Source: an uncultured bacterium (GTDB lineage: Bacteria; Edwardsbacteria; CAYGWX01). Taken from it: a stretch of 64,000 bases of DNA. The notes beneath the pieces are model-generated. The model saw only the letters and a program-made list of their open reading frames with translations. It was not told the DNA's origin and made no database searches. Each line of letters begins with the position of its first letter. Position 1 is the stretch's first letter. A program made the translations under genes and the position numbers. The DNA lies in contig CAYGWX010000005.1 in the NCBI GenBank assembly GCA_964353855.1, forward strand, positions 7,120 through 71,119, written 5' to 3'. Of the stretch, positions 54,409-64,000 are shown in pieces.

Positions 54409-55329
54409 TTATTTCGCGTCCAGCGGGTCGAAGTGACAGATCTTCTGGAACTCCTTGAACCGGGCCACGATCTCCTCCGGGGCCAGGGTCTTGAACCGCT
54501 CCAGGCCGAACCGTTCCACGCAGAACGAGGCCATCACGCTTCCGTAAATCATGGCCTGGCGCACACTGGCCTCGTCGGCGCTCCCCTTCCGGGCGAGCGA
54601 GCCCACGAAGCCTCCGGCGAAGCTGTCCCCGGCGCCGGTGGGGTCCTGGACCTCCTCCACCGGATAGGCCGGGGCCGAGAAGATGGAGTCTTCGTAGAAC
54701 ATCAGGGCCCCGTGTTCGCCCTTCTTCACGATCACGATCTTGGGCCCGAAGAGCTGGATGGCACGGGCCGCCTTGACCAGATTGGGCTCCTGGGTGAGCT
54801 GGCGGGCCTCGGCGTCATTCAGGATCATCACGTTCACCCGGGACATGGTCTCGAACAGCTGCGGCCGCTTGGATTCGATCCAGTAGTTCATCGTGTCGCA
54901 GGCCACGAGCTTGGGCTTCCGGACCTGGTTCAGGACCTCCATCTGCAGTTCGGGATCGATGTTGGCCAGGAAAACATAAGGGGCGTCGCGATAGGCCTCC
55001 AGGACCACGGGATGGAAGTCCTGGAAGACCCCCAGCTCGGTCTTCAACGTCTCGGCGTCGTGCAGGTCGTAGTCGTAACGCCCCTGCCAGCGGAAGGTCT
55101 TTCCTCCCGGGACCACGGCAAGCCCGCGCAGGTCCCCGCCGCGCTCCTCCAGGAAGGCCAGGTCCCCGCGGGGGAAATCGTCGCCCACCACGGCCGTGAC
55201 CTTGAGCGTGCTGAAGAAGCTGGCGCTGGCCGAGAAATAAGAAGCCGAGCCGCCGACCACCTCGCTGGCATGGCCGAACGGCGTGCGGATGTTGTCCAGG
55301 GCCACCGAACCTACGACCAGGATGCTCAC
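54409..55329 (-). CDS. PfkB-family carbohydrate/nucleoside kinase
   Basis: Ribokinase-like fold with the TGAGDSFAGGF anion-hole motif. Confidence 0.8.
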   Translation of the reverse strand: MSILVVGSVALDNIRTPFGHASEVVGGSASYFSASASFFSTLKVTAVVGDDFPRGDLAFLEERGGDLRGLAVVPGGKTFRWQGRYDYDLHDAETLKTELGVFQDFHPVVLEAYRDAPYVFLANIDPELQMEVLNQVRKPKLVACDTMNYWIESKRPQLFETMSRVNVMILNDAEARQLTQEPNLVKAARAIQLFGPKIVIVKKGEHGALMFYEDSIFSAPAYPVEEVQDPTGAGDSFAGGFVGSLARKGSADEASVRQAMIYGSVMASFCVERFGLERFKTLAPEEIVARFKEFQKICHFDPLDAK

Positions 55330-56153
55330 GGAAGCTTCTCCGCGATCCGGGTGATGAGCCGGCGGAGCCTGGGCTCGGCCTCGGCGGCGATGGCCAGGAC
55401 CTCCTCGATCCGGGTCGGCTTTAAGGTTTCGGGAAGGCCCATGTCCGTGATCAGGGAGAACCCCAGGACCCGCAGGCCGGAATGACGGGCCACCAGGACC
55501 TCCGGGATCGTGGACATGCCCACCGCATCCGCCCCGATGATGCGCAAAAACCGGTACTCGGCCGCGGTCTCCAGGTTCGGCCCGGTGACCGCGGCATATA
55601 CCCCTTTGACCAGAGTGATGCCTTCTTCCAGGGCGGCTTTCTCGGCCAAGCTTAAGAGTTTCCTATCGTAACATTCGAACATGTCCGGGAACCGCGGGCC
55701 CAGGCGGTCGTCGTTCTCCCCGATAAGAGGGTTCTGGCCCAGGAGGTTGATGTGGTCCGTGACCGCCATGATGTCCCCGCTCTTGAACAGGGGGTTCAAG
55801 CCCCCCGAGGCATTGGAGACCACCAGGATCCCGGCCCCCAAGGCCCCCATCACTCGGACCGGAAATGTAATCTGCTCCGGGGAGTAGCCCTCATAGAAGT
55901 GGAACCGCCCCTGCATGGCCACCACCGGCTTTCCGGAGAGGGTCCCGAACAGGAGCTTTCCGGCATGGCTCTCCACTGTGGAGGCCGGGAAATAAGGGAT
56001 CTCCTCGTAGGGGATGGTCGCCTCCAGGACGATGTCTTTGGCCAGCCCACCCAGCCCGGTCCCCAGGATGATCCCTGCGACGGGACTGGTCGCTACTTTC
56101 GCTTTCAGAGCGGCTGCGGTCTCTTCGATTCTTTTCTTGAGTTGGGTCATCAT
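55326..56153 (-). CDS. Purine nucleoside phosphorylase (PNP/MTAP family)
   Basis: GTGLGG and ADAVGMSTIPEV motifs. 275 aa. Confidence 0.85.
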   Translation of the reverse strand: MMTQLKKRIEETAAALKAKVATSPVAGIILGTGLGGLAKDIVLEATIPYEEIPYFPASTVESHAGKLLFGTLSGKPVVAMQGRFHFYEGYSPEQITFPVRVMGALGAGILVVSNASGGLNPLFKSGDIMAVTDHINLLGQNPLIGENDDRLGPRFPDMFECYDRKLLSLAEKAALEEGITLVKGVYAAVTGPNLETAAEYRFLRIIGADAVGMSTIPEVLVARHSGLRVLGFSLITDMGLPETLKPTRIEEVLAIAAEAEPRLRRLITRIAEKLP

Positions 56154-56452
56154 CTCCCTTTGCTCAGGGCCAGTAGCGCCCGTTCGGCGTCCCTTTGGCT
56201 GATGCCGGCGACCTCTATCGTTTTCTCTCGGGAGCGCTCCCCATGCGCGATCCTCACCGCCCTGCGGCGGAGGCCCAGGACTTCAGCCAGGAAGGCGATG
56301 AGGTGTGCGTTGGCCACCCCCTCCACCGGCGGCGCGGTGACCCGCACGGCGAAGACGCCGCCCGGGCGGATCTCGGCGACCTCCTCCCGCCTGGCCCGGG
56401 GGATCACGTGGATCCGGAGCCGAGCCACAGGGTGCTGGTCGGGCTTCTCCAT
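56150..56452 (-). CDS. YggU/DUF167 family protein
   Basis: 100 aa with a UPF0235 pattern (IHVIPRARREEV...GANAHLIAFLAEVLG). Confidence 0.75.
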   Translation of the reverse strand: MEKPDQHPVARLRIHVIPRARREEVAEIRPGGVFAVRVTAPPVEGVANAHLIAFLAEVLGLRRRAVRIAHGERSREKTIEVAGISQRDAERALLALSKGR

Positions 56453-56958
56453 TAGAAATCTTCTTCCAGGGCCTCGGCCTTAGGGGGGGACGAAGGAGCC
56501 GCCACTCTGCCGGAATGCATCTCCTCCAGAAGGTTGAGCTGGGACTCCACCAAACTCTTGAACTGGGCGATGAAAGCATTCCGCTGCTGTTCCAGGACGG
56601 CCACATCCCGTTGCAGGCCCTGGGCCCTGTGGCGCGCCTCGGTCACGATCCCATCGGCCTTGTGCTGGGCCTCCCTTAGCAGGAGGTCGGCCTCGGCCCG
56701 GGCGTTCTCCTTGATTCCCTCCGTGGTCTGCTGGGCCGCGAGCATGGTTTCCCGGAGGGCTTTCTCCATCTTGCGGTAATCCTCGATCTGGGCGTCCAGG
56801 CCGGCCATGCGCTCCAAGAGGGCGGCGTTCTCCCGGGCCAACTCCTCGAACTCCTTGGCGACCATCTCCAGGAACGCCTGCACCTCGCCGGTCTCGTAGC
56901 CCCGCATGCCCTTCTTGAATGTCTGTTTGCGAATGTCCAACGGCGTTACCTTTGCCAT
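56452..56958 (-). CDS. divIVA: DivIVA domain cell-division protein
   Basis: N-terminal MAKVTPLDIRKQTFKKGMRGYETGEVQAFLE followed by coiled coil. Confidence 0.8.
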   Translation of the reverse strand: MAKVTPLDIRKQTFKKGMRGYETGEVQAFLEMVAKEFEELARENAALLERMAGLDAQIEDYRKMEKALRETMLAAQQTTEGIKENARAEADLLLREAQHKADGIVTEARHRAQGLQRDVAVLEQQRNAFIAQFKSLVESQLNLLEEMHSGRVAAPSSPPKAEALEEDF

Positions 56959-56967
56959 CGCTCCCTC

Positions 56968-57663
56968 TTAATTCCTCGCTCCAAAGATCGCCGTGCCGAT
57001 TCGGACCATCGTAGCCCCCTCCTCGATGGCGACCTCGAAATCGTTCGTCATGCCCATCGAAAGATGTTCCATCGCAACGTTGGGGAAAGCACACCTTGCG
57101 ATCTCATCCCGGAGTCTCCTCAAGTTCCGAAAGCAGACCCGGGCCTCCTCCATGGGGCCGAACGACCCGACCGTCATCAAACCCTTCACGGAAAGGCCTT
57201 CCACCGTTGCGATGCGCTCCAGCTCCTCCCCGGCCCGTTCGGGTGAGAGGCCGTATTTCGTGACTTCCCCAGAGGTGTTCACCTCCACGAGCACCGGTAC
57301 CGACTTTCCCAACTCCCTCGCCCGCTTCCCCACGGCCTGGGCCAGGTGCAGGGAATCGACGGCATGGATCCAATCGAAGATATCCACCGCCTTCCGGGCC
57401 TTGTTCGTCTGCAGGTGGCCGACCAGGTGCCAGGCCACCTGGTCGCGGATCTCGCGGATCTTCTCCTCGGCCTCTTGGACCCGGTTCTCGCCCAGGGCAC
57501 TGATCCCTGCCCGGATGACCTCCTGGATCCTCTCCGCCGGAACGGTCTTGGTCACAGCCACGAGCAGGATCTCCTCGGGCTTACGACCGCTCCTTCGGGC
57601 TGCGCCGGCGATGCGCTCCCGGACCTCGGCCACAGCCTCGGCGATCTCAGGATAACTTTTCAT
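56968..57663 (-). CDS. yggS: YggS-family PLP homeostasis protein
   Basis: LVAVTKTVP, HLVGHLQTNKARK and alanine-racemase N-domain fold signatures. Confidence 0.85.
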   Translation of the reverse strand: MKSYPEIAEAVAEVRERIAGAARRSGRKPEEILLVAVTKTVPAERIQEVIRAGISALGENRVQEAEEKIREIRDQVAWHLVGHLQTNKARKAVDIFDWIHAVDSLHLAQAVGKRARELGKSVPVLVEVNTSGEVTKYGLSPERAGEELERIATVEGLSVKGLMTVGSFGPMEEARVCFRNLRRLRDEIARCAFPNVAMEHLSMGMTNDFEVAIEEGATMVRIGTAIFGARN

Positions 57664-57721
57664 TATAACGAAATCCTTCGCCGGAATGCAAGTGCCATCG
57701 GACGTTTTATGGAAGCGAATC

Positions 57722-57796
57722 TGGTGGGCCCTCTGGGATTCGAACCCAGGACCGACGGATTATGAGTCCGCTGCTCTACCCTTGAGCTAAGGGCCC
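57722..57796 (-). tRNA. tRNA-Met (anticodon CAT); elongator type, possibly tRNA-Ile2 if lysidinylated
   Basis: The reverse complement reads GGGCCCTTAGCTCAAGGGTAGAGCAGCGGACTCATAATCCGTCGGTCCTGGGTTCGAATCCCAGAGGGCCCACCA. It has a 7-bp acceptor stem, a T-loop GGTTCGAATCC, an anticodon loop CTCATAA and an encoded CCA. The G1-C72 pair argues against an initiator tRNA. Confidence 0.85.
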
Positions 57797-57799
57797 CCG

Positions 57800-58276
57800 T
57801 TATCTCAGATTGACGGCCACCGACCCCAGGTACCCGGTGCATCCTACCGCGTCCAGCTGGCAGAATCGGAAATAGGAGAAGACGATCCAGTGGCTCCCCT
57901 GGGGAAGGTAGGTCAGGCTCGACCAGGTCCCTGTCCGGTTGAGGTCATTCGGCCCCAGGACCACAAGGGCGATTTCCAGCCGGTAAATGTCGTTCGCCGG
58001 CAGGTTTACGGCCAGGCTCTCGGTCTCCAACGAGGTGCTGTCGTTTACCCCTCCTGTGGCCAGGATTCCGAGAACGCTTCCATAGGTCGTGCGGGTGTCC
58101 GAGGATTTCACGCTGCACATCGTCTGCACCTGGTTCAAGCTCGTAGACGGGTTGTTCACCGCGAGCACGATAGGCGGTGGCATCGCCCGGTCTTCTGGAA
58201 CCGGCATGATCTCCACCGGACTGTTGATGCACCCGGCCAAGACGGCCAGGCATAAAACGCAGAGGATCTTCCACAT
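57800..58276 (-). CDS. Hypothetical lipoprotein
   Basis: MWKILCVLCLAVLAGC lipobox. No domain recognised. Its stop codon lies 3 nt from the tRNA 5' end. Confidence 0.45.
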   Translation of the reverse strand: MWKILCVLCLAVLAGCINSPVEIMPVPEDRAMPPPIVLAVNNPSTSLNQVQTMCSVKSSDTRTTYGSVLGILATGGVNDSTSLETESLAVNLPANDIYRLEIALVVLGPNDLNRTGTWSSLTYLPQGSHWIVFSYFRFCQLDAVGCTGYLGSVAVNLR

Positions 58277-58287
58277 GGCGCACCTCC

Positions 58288-59424
58288 TCACGCTTTGCGC
58301 TTCAAGACTGCGATGAGGCGGTCCACCTCCTCGTCGCTGTTGTAGAAATGCGGGGAGACCCGCACCCCACCCTCCCGGTAGGACACGATGATCTTCTCAT
58401 GCTCCAGGGCTTCCATTAGGGCATTATCCCTTTTGCCCGTGAAAGATATGATCCCGGAACGATGCTTGGCCGCAAGAGAGCTCCTGATTTTGTAAGGGCT
58501 ATCCCGGAGGTAGTCCAGGAGCCGGCCCGTGAGCCCCAGGATACTATTCTCAACCCTCTTCATCCCCACTTCGGCGAGCATCCCGAGGGCCTCCCGGAAC
58601 CCGTAAAGATCCTGATAGGGATGCGAGCCCAACTCGAACTTACGGACGTCGGAGAATGGTTTCCGCTGGTAATTCCGCAGGTTCTTCCAGTCCGTATTCC
58701 AGTCCACTCCCAGCCATCCCGCGAACCTGGGTTTGAGCCTGGGAAGCATCCGCTTGGAGATGAAGAAGAAGCCGGACCCGTGCGGCGAGAGGAGCCATTT
58801 GACCCCGCCCGCAGAAAGAAAGTCCACCCCGGCCTGCCTCACGTTCAGATCGAGCCCTCCCACGCCCTGCATCCCGTCGACCACGAAGAAAATCCCTCGC
58901 AGGCGGCAGAGATCGCTCGTAGCTTTCAAGTCCGTGCGGTATCCGTTGAAGTACTGCACCCAGGACAGGGCTAGGATCTTCGTGCGGCGGGTGAGGCCCC
59001 GCGCGATGCTCTCCATGTCCGCGAAGCCCTCCCGTGCTTTGAAGAAACGAACCTTAACCCCATTCCTTCTGAGGGCCAGCCAAGGATAAACGTTCGCGGG
59101 AAACTCCACATCCGAGAGCAGGACTTCATCCCCTGTCCGGAGGTCCAGTCCATGGGCCGCGACATTCAGCCCAAAGGTCGCATCGTAGCCCATGCCGATC
59201 TCCCCGGCTTCGCACCTGAGCATCCCGGCCAGCAGAGCCCGGCACTCGTCCATCTTCCGGAAGGAGGTCGCGTCATGGGCATGCTGGGTGTGCACCGCCC
59301 GATCGAGGAACCCGTCGATCGCCCGCCACACCCTGAGGCTCATCGGTCCGTGACTGGCGTGGTTCAGGTAGGTGAATCGCCGGGTTATGGGAAACTCGGC
59401 GCGGTACCGGGAAAAGCCTTTCAA
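58288..59424 (-). CDS. Class V aminotransferase-fold PLP enzyme (cysteine desulfurase / SufS-like or kynureninase-like)
   Basis: FTYLNHASHGP, VVDGMQGVGG and the SAGGVKWLLSPHGSGF PLP-lysine region. Confidence 0.75.
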   Translation of the reverse strand: MKGFSRYRAEFPITRRFTYLNHASHGPMSLRVWRAIDGFLDRAVHTQHAHDATSFRKMDECRALLAGMLRCEAGEIGMGYDATFGLNVAAHGLDLRTGDEVLLSDVEFPANVYPWLALRRNGVKVRFFKAREGFADMESIARGLTRRTKILALSWVQYFNGYRTDLKATSDLCRLRGIFFVVDGMQGVGGLDLNVRQAGVDFLSAGGVKWLLSPHGSGFFFISKRMLPRLKPRFAGWLGVDWNTDWKNLRNYQRKPFSDVRKFELGSHPYQDLYGFREALGMLAEVGMKRVENSILGLTGRLLDYLRDSPYKIRSSLAAKHRSGIISFTGKRDNALMEALEHEKIIVSYREGGVRVSPHFYNSDEEVDRLIAVLKRKA

Positions 59425-59428
59425 AAAG

Positions 59429-61162
59429 TTATCCTACGCCGTCGGCATATCCCCGGAGCTTCTGGCTCCGGCTGGGATGCCTTAGCTTGCGCAGGGCCTT
59501 GACCTCGATCTGCCTCACTCGCTCACGGGTTACGTTGAACATCACTCCGACCTCCTCCAGGGTGCGCGGATATCCGTCCCCGATCCCAAAACGAAGGCGG
59601 ATCACTCGCTCCTCCCGCTTAGTCAGGGTGGAGAGGACCTGTTCGATCTGGTCCTGCAACAAGAGGTAGGCCGCGGATCGGGTGGGCGAAGAGGCCGCGG
59701 GGTCCTCCACGAAGTCCCCGAAGTGGCTGTCCTCATCCTCCCCGATGGGCTTGTCCAATGAGATGGGCTCTTGGGCCACCTTCAGGATGGCTTTTACCCG
59801 TTCCGAGGCCATCTCCAGACGCTCCGCGATCTCTTCCGGAGAGGGCTCCCGGCCAAGCTCCTGGACCAGCTTCCGGGAGGCCTTCACCACCCGGTTGATG
59901 GCATCGATCATGTGCACCGGCACTCGGATGGTTCGAGCCTGGTCCGCGATCGCCCGAGTGATCGCCTGCCGGATCCACCAAGTGGCATAGGTCGAGAACT
60001 TGTAGCCCTTGCGGTAGTTGAACTTGTCTACGGCCTTCATTAAGCCGGAGTTTCCCTCCTGGATCAGATCCGAGAACTCCAGGCCGCGGTTGGCGTAGCG
60101 CTTGGCCGTGGAGATAACCAGCCGCACGTTGGCTTCTACCATCTCCCGCTTAGCCCGCTGAACGGCTTCCTCGTGCTCGGAGATGGTGTCCAGGATATGG
60201 CGGATCTCGAGGACCGACCGGCCAGCGTCGGTTTCCAGCAGGCGGATCTTCCTCTTGGCCACCCCGATCCTCGCCAGGTGTTCCCGACGGAGGCTCTCCA
60301 GTTCGCGGAGGTGCGGAGCCTGCTTTTTCTGCTCTGGCGCTCGCTTTCGAGCAATCGCCCCTCGTTCCTCCCAGACGTGGGCGATCTCCTGCTCGAAGCC
60401 CTGAATCTCCTCATAATGGGCATCAGCCTCCCTGATCATCTTTCGGAGCCAAACCACGGCCCCGTCCAGCAGACGGGGGTGGAGCCGGAGGGCGGCCATC
60501 TGGGTGGCCACCTCCTCGCGCTTCTCTGCGATCTTCGCCTGAAGAACGTCTAAGCGCCTTTCGGAGAGGCCGTCGCGGCTCTTTCGGGTCAGGCGCTCCA
60601 AGTCCTGGGTCGAGCGCCGGGCCTTGCGAATCAAGGCGAGGGCTCGCTGCCGCTCCCGCCAACCGGAGTACCGCGGGCTCCAGCCCCCCAGGTCGATCTG
60701 GATGAAATCCTCCAGCGGGATCTTGCCTTTTTCCACGCGTCGAACCTCCTCCAGGAAGTCCTTCATGCAGGAGTTGCAGGAGAAGACCAAGCGCACGACT
60801 TCCCGCTTGTTGGCGTCGATCCGCATCGCGATTTCGGTCTCGCGGTCCCGGTCCAAGAGCGGCACCCGACCGATCTCCCGCAGGTAGGTTCGCACGGGAT
60901 CATCGAAGCGGGTGATCGGCTCCGGGGGGCCCGGCTCCCGGCGCCGCCTCTTGACCTCGACCTTGACCGCAGCGACCTGCTCCTCGGAATCCACCACCTC
61001 GATTCCCATTTCCCGGAGCATCATCATGATGTTGTCGATCTCGTCCGGGGAGATGATGTCCTCGGGCAGGATCTCGTTGATCGTCTGATAGGTGATGAGC
61101 TTCTTGGCTTTCCCGATGGCGATGAGCTTGTTGATCCGTTTCTTGAGCATCGCCCGATTCAT
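59429..61162 (-). CDS. rpoD: RNA polymerase primary sigma factor (sigma-70)
   Basis: Regions 1.1 to 4 with [51 protein letters not shown]. Confidence 0.95.
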   Translation of the reverse strand: MNRAMLKKRINKLIAIGKAKKLITYQTINEILPEDIISPDEIDNIMMMLREMGIEVVDSEEQVAAVKVEVKRRRREPGPPEPITRFDDPVRTYLREIGRVPLLDRDRETEIAMRIDANKREVVRLVFSCNSCMKDFLEEVRRVEKGKIPLEDFIQIDLGGWSPRYSGWRERQRALALIRKARRSTQDLERLTRKSRDGLSERRLDVLQAKIAEKREEVATQMAALRLHPRLLDGAVVWLRKMIREADAHYEEIQGFEQEIAHVWEERGAIARKRAPEQKKQAPHLRELESLRREHLARIGVAKRKIRLLETDAGRSVLEIRHILDTISEHEEAVQRAKREMVEANVRLVISTAKRYANRGLEFSDLIQEGNSGLMKAVDKFNYRKGYKFSTYATWWIRQAITRAIADQARTIRVPVHMIDAINRVVKASRKLVQELGREPSPEEIAERLEMASERVKAILKVAQEPISLDKPIGEDEDSHFGDFVEDPAASSPTRSAAYLLLQDQIEQVLSTLTKREERVIRLRFGIGDGYPRTLEEVGVMFNVTRERVRQIEVKALRKLRHPSRSQKLRGYADGVG

Positions 61163-62889
61163 TTTCTCTCACCTCCTTTGAGCAGGCCTTGGTATTTCGA
61201 GGTTAGGCTCCGGGCAGCCGCTTGGTCCTTGGTACGTTCCGCCTCGGCGATGGCGCCCAGCAGGTCGTGCGAGCGCGCTTTCGTCCTCAGGTGCTTCAGC
61301 TCGTTCAGGCACTTTTCGAACAAGCGCTCCTCCTGTTCTTCTTTCTCCTGAAAGGCCCAGGAAGCCACCATTCGCTGGGATTCCTCGGATCCCAGCCAGC
61401 TCATGAAATCGGCGGAGTCCGTCCTTTTCCCCTTGGCGAGCAGGGCATAAACCTCCAGGACGACCCCGTCCCGGAAGGGGTCCTCGCCCAGAATCTCGCG
61501 GACCGGATCCATTCGCTCCGGCTGCTTGGCCAGTAAACGCAGAACCTCCCGCTCCAGCGCCATCTCACGTGTACTCCTTGCCTTGGGCGTTGGCATGGGC
61601 AGAGCCCCGCCTGTTTTCTTCGCCAGGCTCCGGGAGAGCACCGCCTCGGAGAGCCCGACCTTCCCCGCCAGTTTCTGCAGGTAGAGCCGCTGCCGGATTT
61701 CGTCCTTGAACCTCGCCAGCAGCTCCAGGAGTTCCTTCACCGCCCGGGACTTCCCCGCCGGGCTAGCCAGATCGTAGGTCTTGGCCAGCCGGTCCAGCTC
61801 GAAGTCGATCAGATCCCGTTTCTCGCTTAATGCCCGCTCCAGACCCTCCCGCCCTTCCTCCCGAAGGAGACGGTCCGGGTCCATTCCTGGAGGGGGCGTC
61901 GCCACATAGATATCCAGGTCAACTTCAAGGAGCGCCTCGAAAGCCCGGCGGACGGCTTTTTGGCCGGCCTCGTCGTTGTCGTAGAACAAAACCGCTTCGC
62001 TGGCGAACCGGCCGACCAGTCTGGCCTGGTCCGGAGTAAACGCCGTGCCCAACGTGGCCACGATGTTTTTGACCCCGGCCTGATAGGGAGATAGGAAGTC
62101 CAGATAACCCTCTACCACCACGGCGTTCCCGGCGTCCCGGATCGTTCCCTTGGTCTGAAACAAACCGTAAAGAAGCCGCCCCTTTTGGTAGATCGCTGTC
62201 TCCGGGGAGTTCAGATACTTCGGCTCCTCCTTCTCGTCCAGCCTCCGTCCCCCGAACCCCGCGACCTTGCCCGAGAGGTTTACGATTGGAAACATCAGGC
62301 GGTGCCGGAAGCGGTCGTAGAACCCCTCCTTCCCTTCGCGGGCCAGAACGAGGCCCGCCCTCTCCAGGGATCGAGGCTGATGGTTATCCGCCAGCGCAGC
62401 TTTGATTAGCCCATCCCAAGAGGGCAGAGCGTAACCCAACCCGAAGGTTTCCGCTACGTCCTCGCTGAGGCCGCGCTGGGCCAGATAGTCGCGCGCCTCG
62501 CGGCCCTGCGCTCCTTTCAGGTTCCGCTGGAAGCACCTCGCGGCATAAGCGTTGGCCGCATATACGGCCTCCGATTCCTCGCTTCTTCCCCCGTCCTCCC
62601 TGGGCAAGGACAAACCAGCCCGCTTGGCTAGGAACCGCACGGCATCAGCGAAACCCATTCGCTCGTGCTGCATGAGGAAACTGTAGACGTTCCCCCCCGC
62701 ACCACATCCGAAGCAATGATAAACCTGCTTCTCCGGGCTCACCACGAAGGAGGGCGTCCGCTCAGCATGGAACGGACAGCGGGCTTTGAAGTGGCGTCCG
62801 ACCCGCTTCAGGGGCACGTACATCGCAATCACGTCCACGAGGTCGTTCCGCTCTCTAATCTCCTCAATCAGGCGATCGGGAAAGCGCAT
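61159..62889 (-). CDS. dnaG: DNA primase
   Basis: [30 protein letters not shown] zinc ribbon with TOPRIM. dnaG-rpoD operon. Confidence 0.95.
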   Translation of the reverse strand: MRFPDRLIEEIRERNDLVDVIAMYVPLKRVGRHFKARCPFHAERTPSFVVSPEKQVYHCFGCGAGGNVYSFLMQHERMGFADAVRFLAKRAGLSLPREDGGRSEESEAVYAANAYAARCFQRNLKGAQGREARDYLAQRGLSEDVAETFGLGYALPSWDGLIKAALADNHQPRSLERAGLVLAREGKEGFYDRFRHRLMFPIVNLSGKVAGFGGRRLDEKEEPKYLNSPETAIYQKGRLLYGLFQTKGTIRDAGNAVVVEGYLDFLSPYQAGVKNIVATLGTAFTPDQARLVGRFASEAVLFYDNDEAGQKAVRRAFEALLEVDLDIYVATPPPGMDPDRLLREEGREGLERALSEKRDLIDFELDRLAKTYDLASPAGKSRAVKELLELLARFKDEIRQRLYLQKLAGKVGLSEAVLSRSLAKKTGGALPMPTPKARSTREMALEREVLRLLAKQPERMDPVREILGEDPFRDGVVLEVYALLAKGKRTDSADFMSWLGSEESQRMVASWAFQEKEEQEERLFEKCLNELKHLRTKARSHDLLGAIAEAERTKDQAAARSLTSKYQGLLKGGERK

Positions 62890-62899
62890 CCCCCTCCGG

Positions 62900-63991
62900 C
62901 TATCGCTCGTTAAGCGAGCTGTAGTTCCGGCCGCGCTTTCCCGGTGAGACGCGCACTTTTCCCCGTGCCACCAGACTGTCCAGGGTCATCTGCGCCGTGG
63001 AGTAACTTACCCCCAGAACCTTCTCCACCTGGCCGATCCCCATCGTACCGTGCTTTTTCATGTGCCGAACCAGAACCTCACCCCGCAGCCTGCGGCGGTG
63101 GTCGCCCTCCGCGATCATGCGCTCCCGCCAGGCCTCGGTCCGCTCCGGGGTCCAGAACCCTCCTCGCTGGGGAATGGGAATCCCCCGCGCCCTGCGGAAC
63201 TCCTCGATCGACCCCCAGATTTTGCGGATGCGGGGCAGGAGCTTCTTCCAGCGTCGGGAGCGGAACAGCTCGGTGCTGGAGGGGTCATGCCCGAATTCCC
63301 TGCGGCAGGCCTTGTATTCGGTCAGGGTTCTTTCCAGCCTGCTCTTCCGCCTGAGCTCGCCCATATCGATCTTGTAGGCCTGCATCAGGAACTTCACTTC
63401 CCAGCGCTTTAGGCGGTAGCGGTTCTTCAACTGCTCCACACTGCCCAGCTCCTTCAGGGCCGCCTTGAGCCTCCCCGGCGTCCACTCTCTGCGCAGGGTC
63501 TTCCTGCGGGCTGAGGAGGCCGGCTCCCAGTTGATCCAGCGCCGCTCCCGACCCCGCTCCAGGATCTGTCGCACCCGCTCCCGAGAGAGGTCCAGCTTTC
63601 GCCCCACCGCGGCATAGGTCCCCAGGGCATAGAACAGCTTGACGATGTGGTGGGTCCTTACGGTGTTCCGTTCGATCATCCGCCGGCTCTGCCCGGGCTG
63701 AGGAAGCGGCAGATCCCTCTTCCGGCAGAGGTAGCGTTCGGCCTCCTCCCGCAGAAGCCCCAGGGAGATTTTCCCCAAGTTCCGGAGCGACAACAGCGTG
63801 GTGGAGGGAGTGGCGAGAAGCTGCCCCATGTTTTTCACCTTGAGCGTCCGGAGAGCGTTCAGGCTTCTCCGGTTCAGCTCCAAGGCCGAGAGCGGAACCT
63901 CGTAAAGCCCCTCCGACCGGATCCACGCATCCTGTTCCGCCTCCAGCCTGCCCCGCCGGAAGAGCGGGCAGGAGTTCAACAGTCTCTGCAA
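62900..63991 (-). CDS. Predicted DNA-binding protein: RpoA alpha-CTD-like HhH module, sigma-70 region-4-like HTH, and a C-terminal winged helix
   Basis: LSALELNRRSLNALRTLKVKNMGQLL (alphaCTD-like), GRKLDLSRERVRQILERG (region-4-like), GIGQVEKVLGVSYSTAQMTLDSLVARGKVRV (wHTH). Occupies the rpsU slot upstream of dnaG. Confidence 0.45.
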   Translation of the reverse strand: MQRLLNSCPLFRRGRLEAEQDAWIRSEGLYEVPLSALELNRRSLNALRTLKVKNMGQLLATPSTTLLSLRNLGKISLGLLREEAERYLCRKRDLPLPQPGQSRRMIERNTVRTHHIVKLFYALGTYAAVGRKLDLSRERVRQILERGRERRWINWEPASSARRKTLRREWTPGRLKAALKELGSVEQLKNRYRLKRWEVKFLMQAYKIDMGELRRKSRLERTLTEYKACRREFGHDPSSTELFRSRRWKKLLPRIRKIWGSIEEFRRARGIPIPQRGGFWTPERTEAWRERMIAEGDHRRRLRGEVLVRHMKKHGTMGIGQVEKVLGVSYSTAQMTLDSLVARGKVRVSPGKRGRNYSSLNER

Positions 63992-64000
63992 TTCTTCGAG

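Noticed and set aside
57722-57796. Initiator tRNA-fMet.
   Set aside because: G1 pairs with C72, and the anticodon stem lacks the three consecutive G-C pairs. It is an elongator Met or Ile2-type tRNA.

Overview
This 64 kb window is high-GC (about 65%) bacterial chromosomal DNA. Almost every gene is on the minus strand, apart from one plus-strand block at 8.1-15.9 kb. Several proteins end in a Type IX secretion (T9SS) C-terminal sorting domain, and there are PorQ/PorV-like outer-membrane barrels, so the source is probably an FCB-superphylum organism; I cannot tell which.

Housekeeping blocks:
- ileS-dksA-lspA
- a PfkB kinase, purine nucleoside phosphorylase, yggU, divIVA and yggS, then tRNA-Met
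- dnaG-rpoD
- glyA-rpiB and nrdR with a dCMP deaminase
- accA

Accessory content:
1. An eight-gene minus-strand operon (7913->2392): membrane protein, tldD, pmbA, a Tat-signal 70-aa protein, a class I glutamine amidotransferase, a DcyD/ACC-deaminase-like PLP enzyme, an SPFH protein, then two tandem REC-DUF4388 response regulators.
2. A 1576-aa sensor-7xGAF-GGDEF diguanylate cyclase. It is followed by an array of 21-bp direct repeats that each carry a 7-2-7 palindrome, then two pilT-family ATPases with a hicAB and a relE-type toxin-antitoxin cassette between and after them. The relE cassette is flanked by a duplicated pilT 3' end plus a duplicated terminator.
3. A roughly 19 kb island of T9SS cargo: a BNR double propeller, an M6 metalloprotease with FG-GAP repeats, an S8 peptidase, an LVIVD propeller and an unknown 520-aa protein, plus two PorQ/PorV-like barrels and a cysteine-free 1133-aa outer-membrane barrel.
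4. An atypical Rnf-like cluster rnfC-D-E-A-B with no rnfG and an RnfC lacking NADH-binding motifs, co-operonic with tatC and a PAP2 phosphatase.
5. A low-GC cassette bounded by 55-60 bp palindrome-containing repeats, a duplicated lspA 3' fragment, and a genome-wide family of 11-12 bp periodic G-rich tandem repeats lying 200-400 bp upstream of T9SS-related genes.

No CRISPR array, rRNA or integrase/transposase gene is visible.
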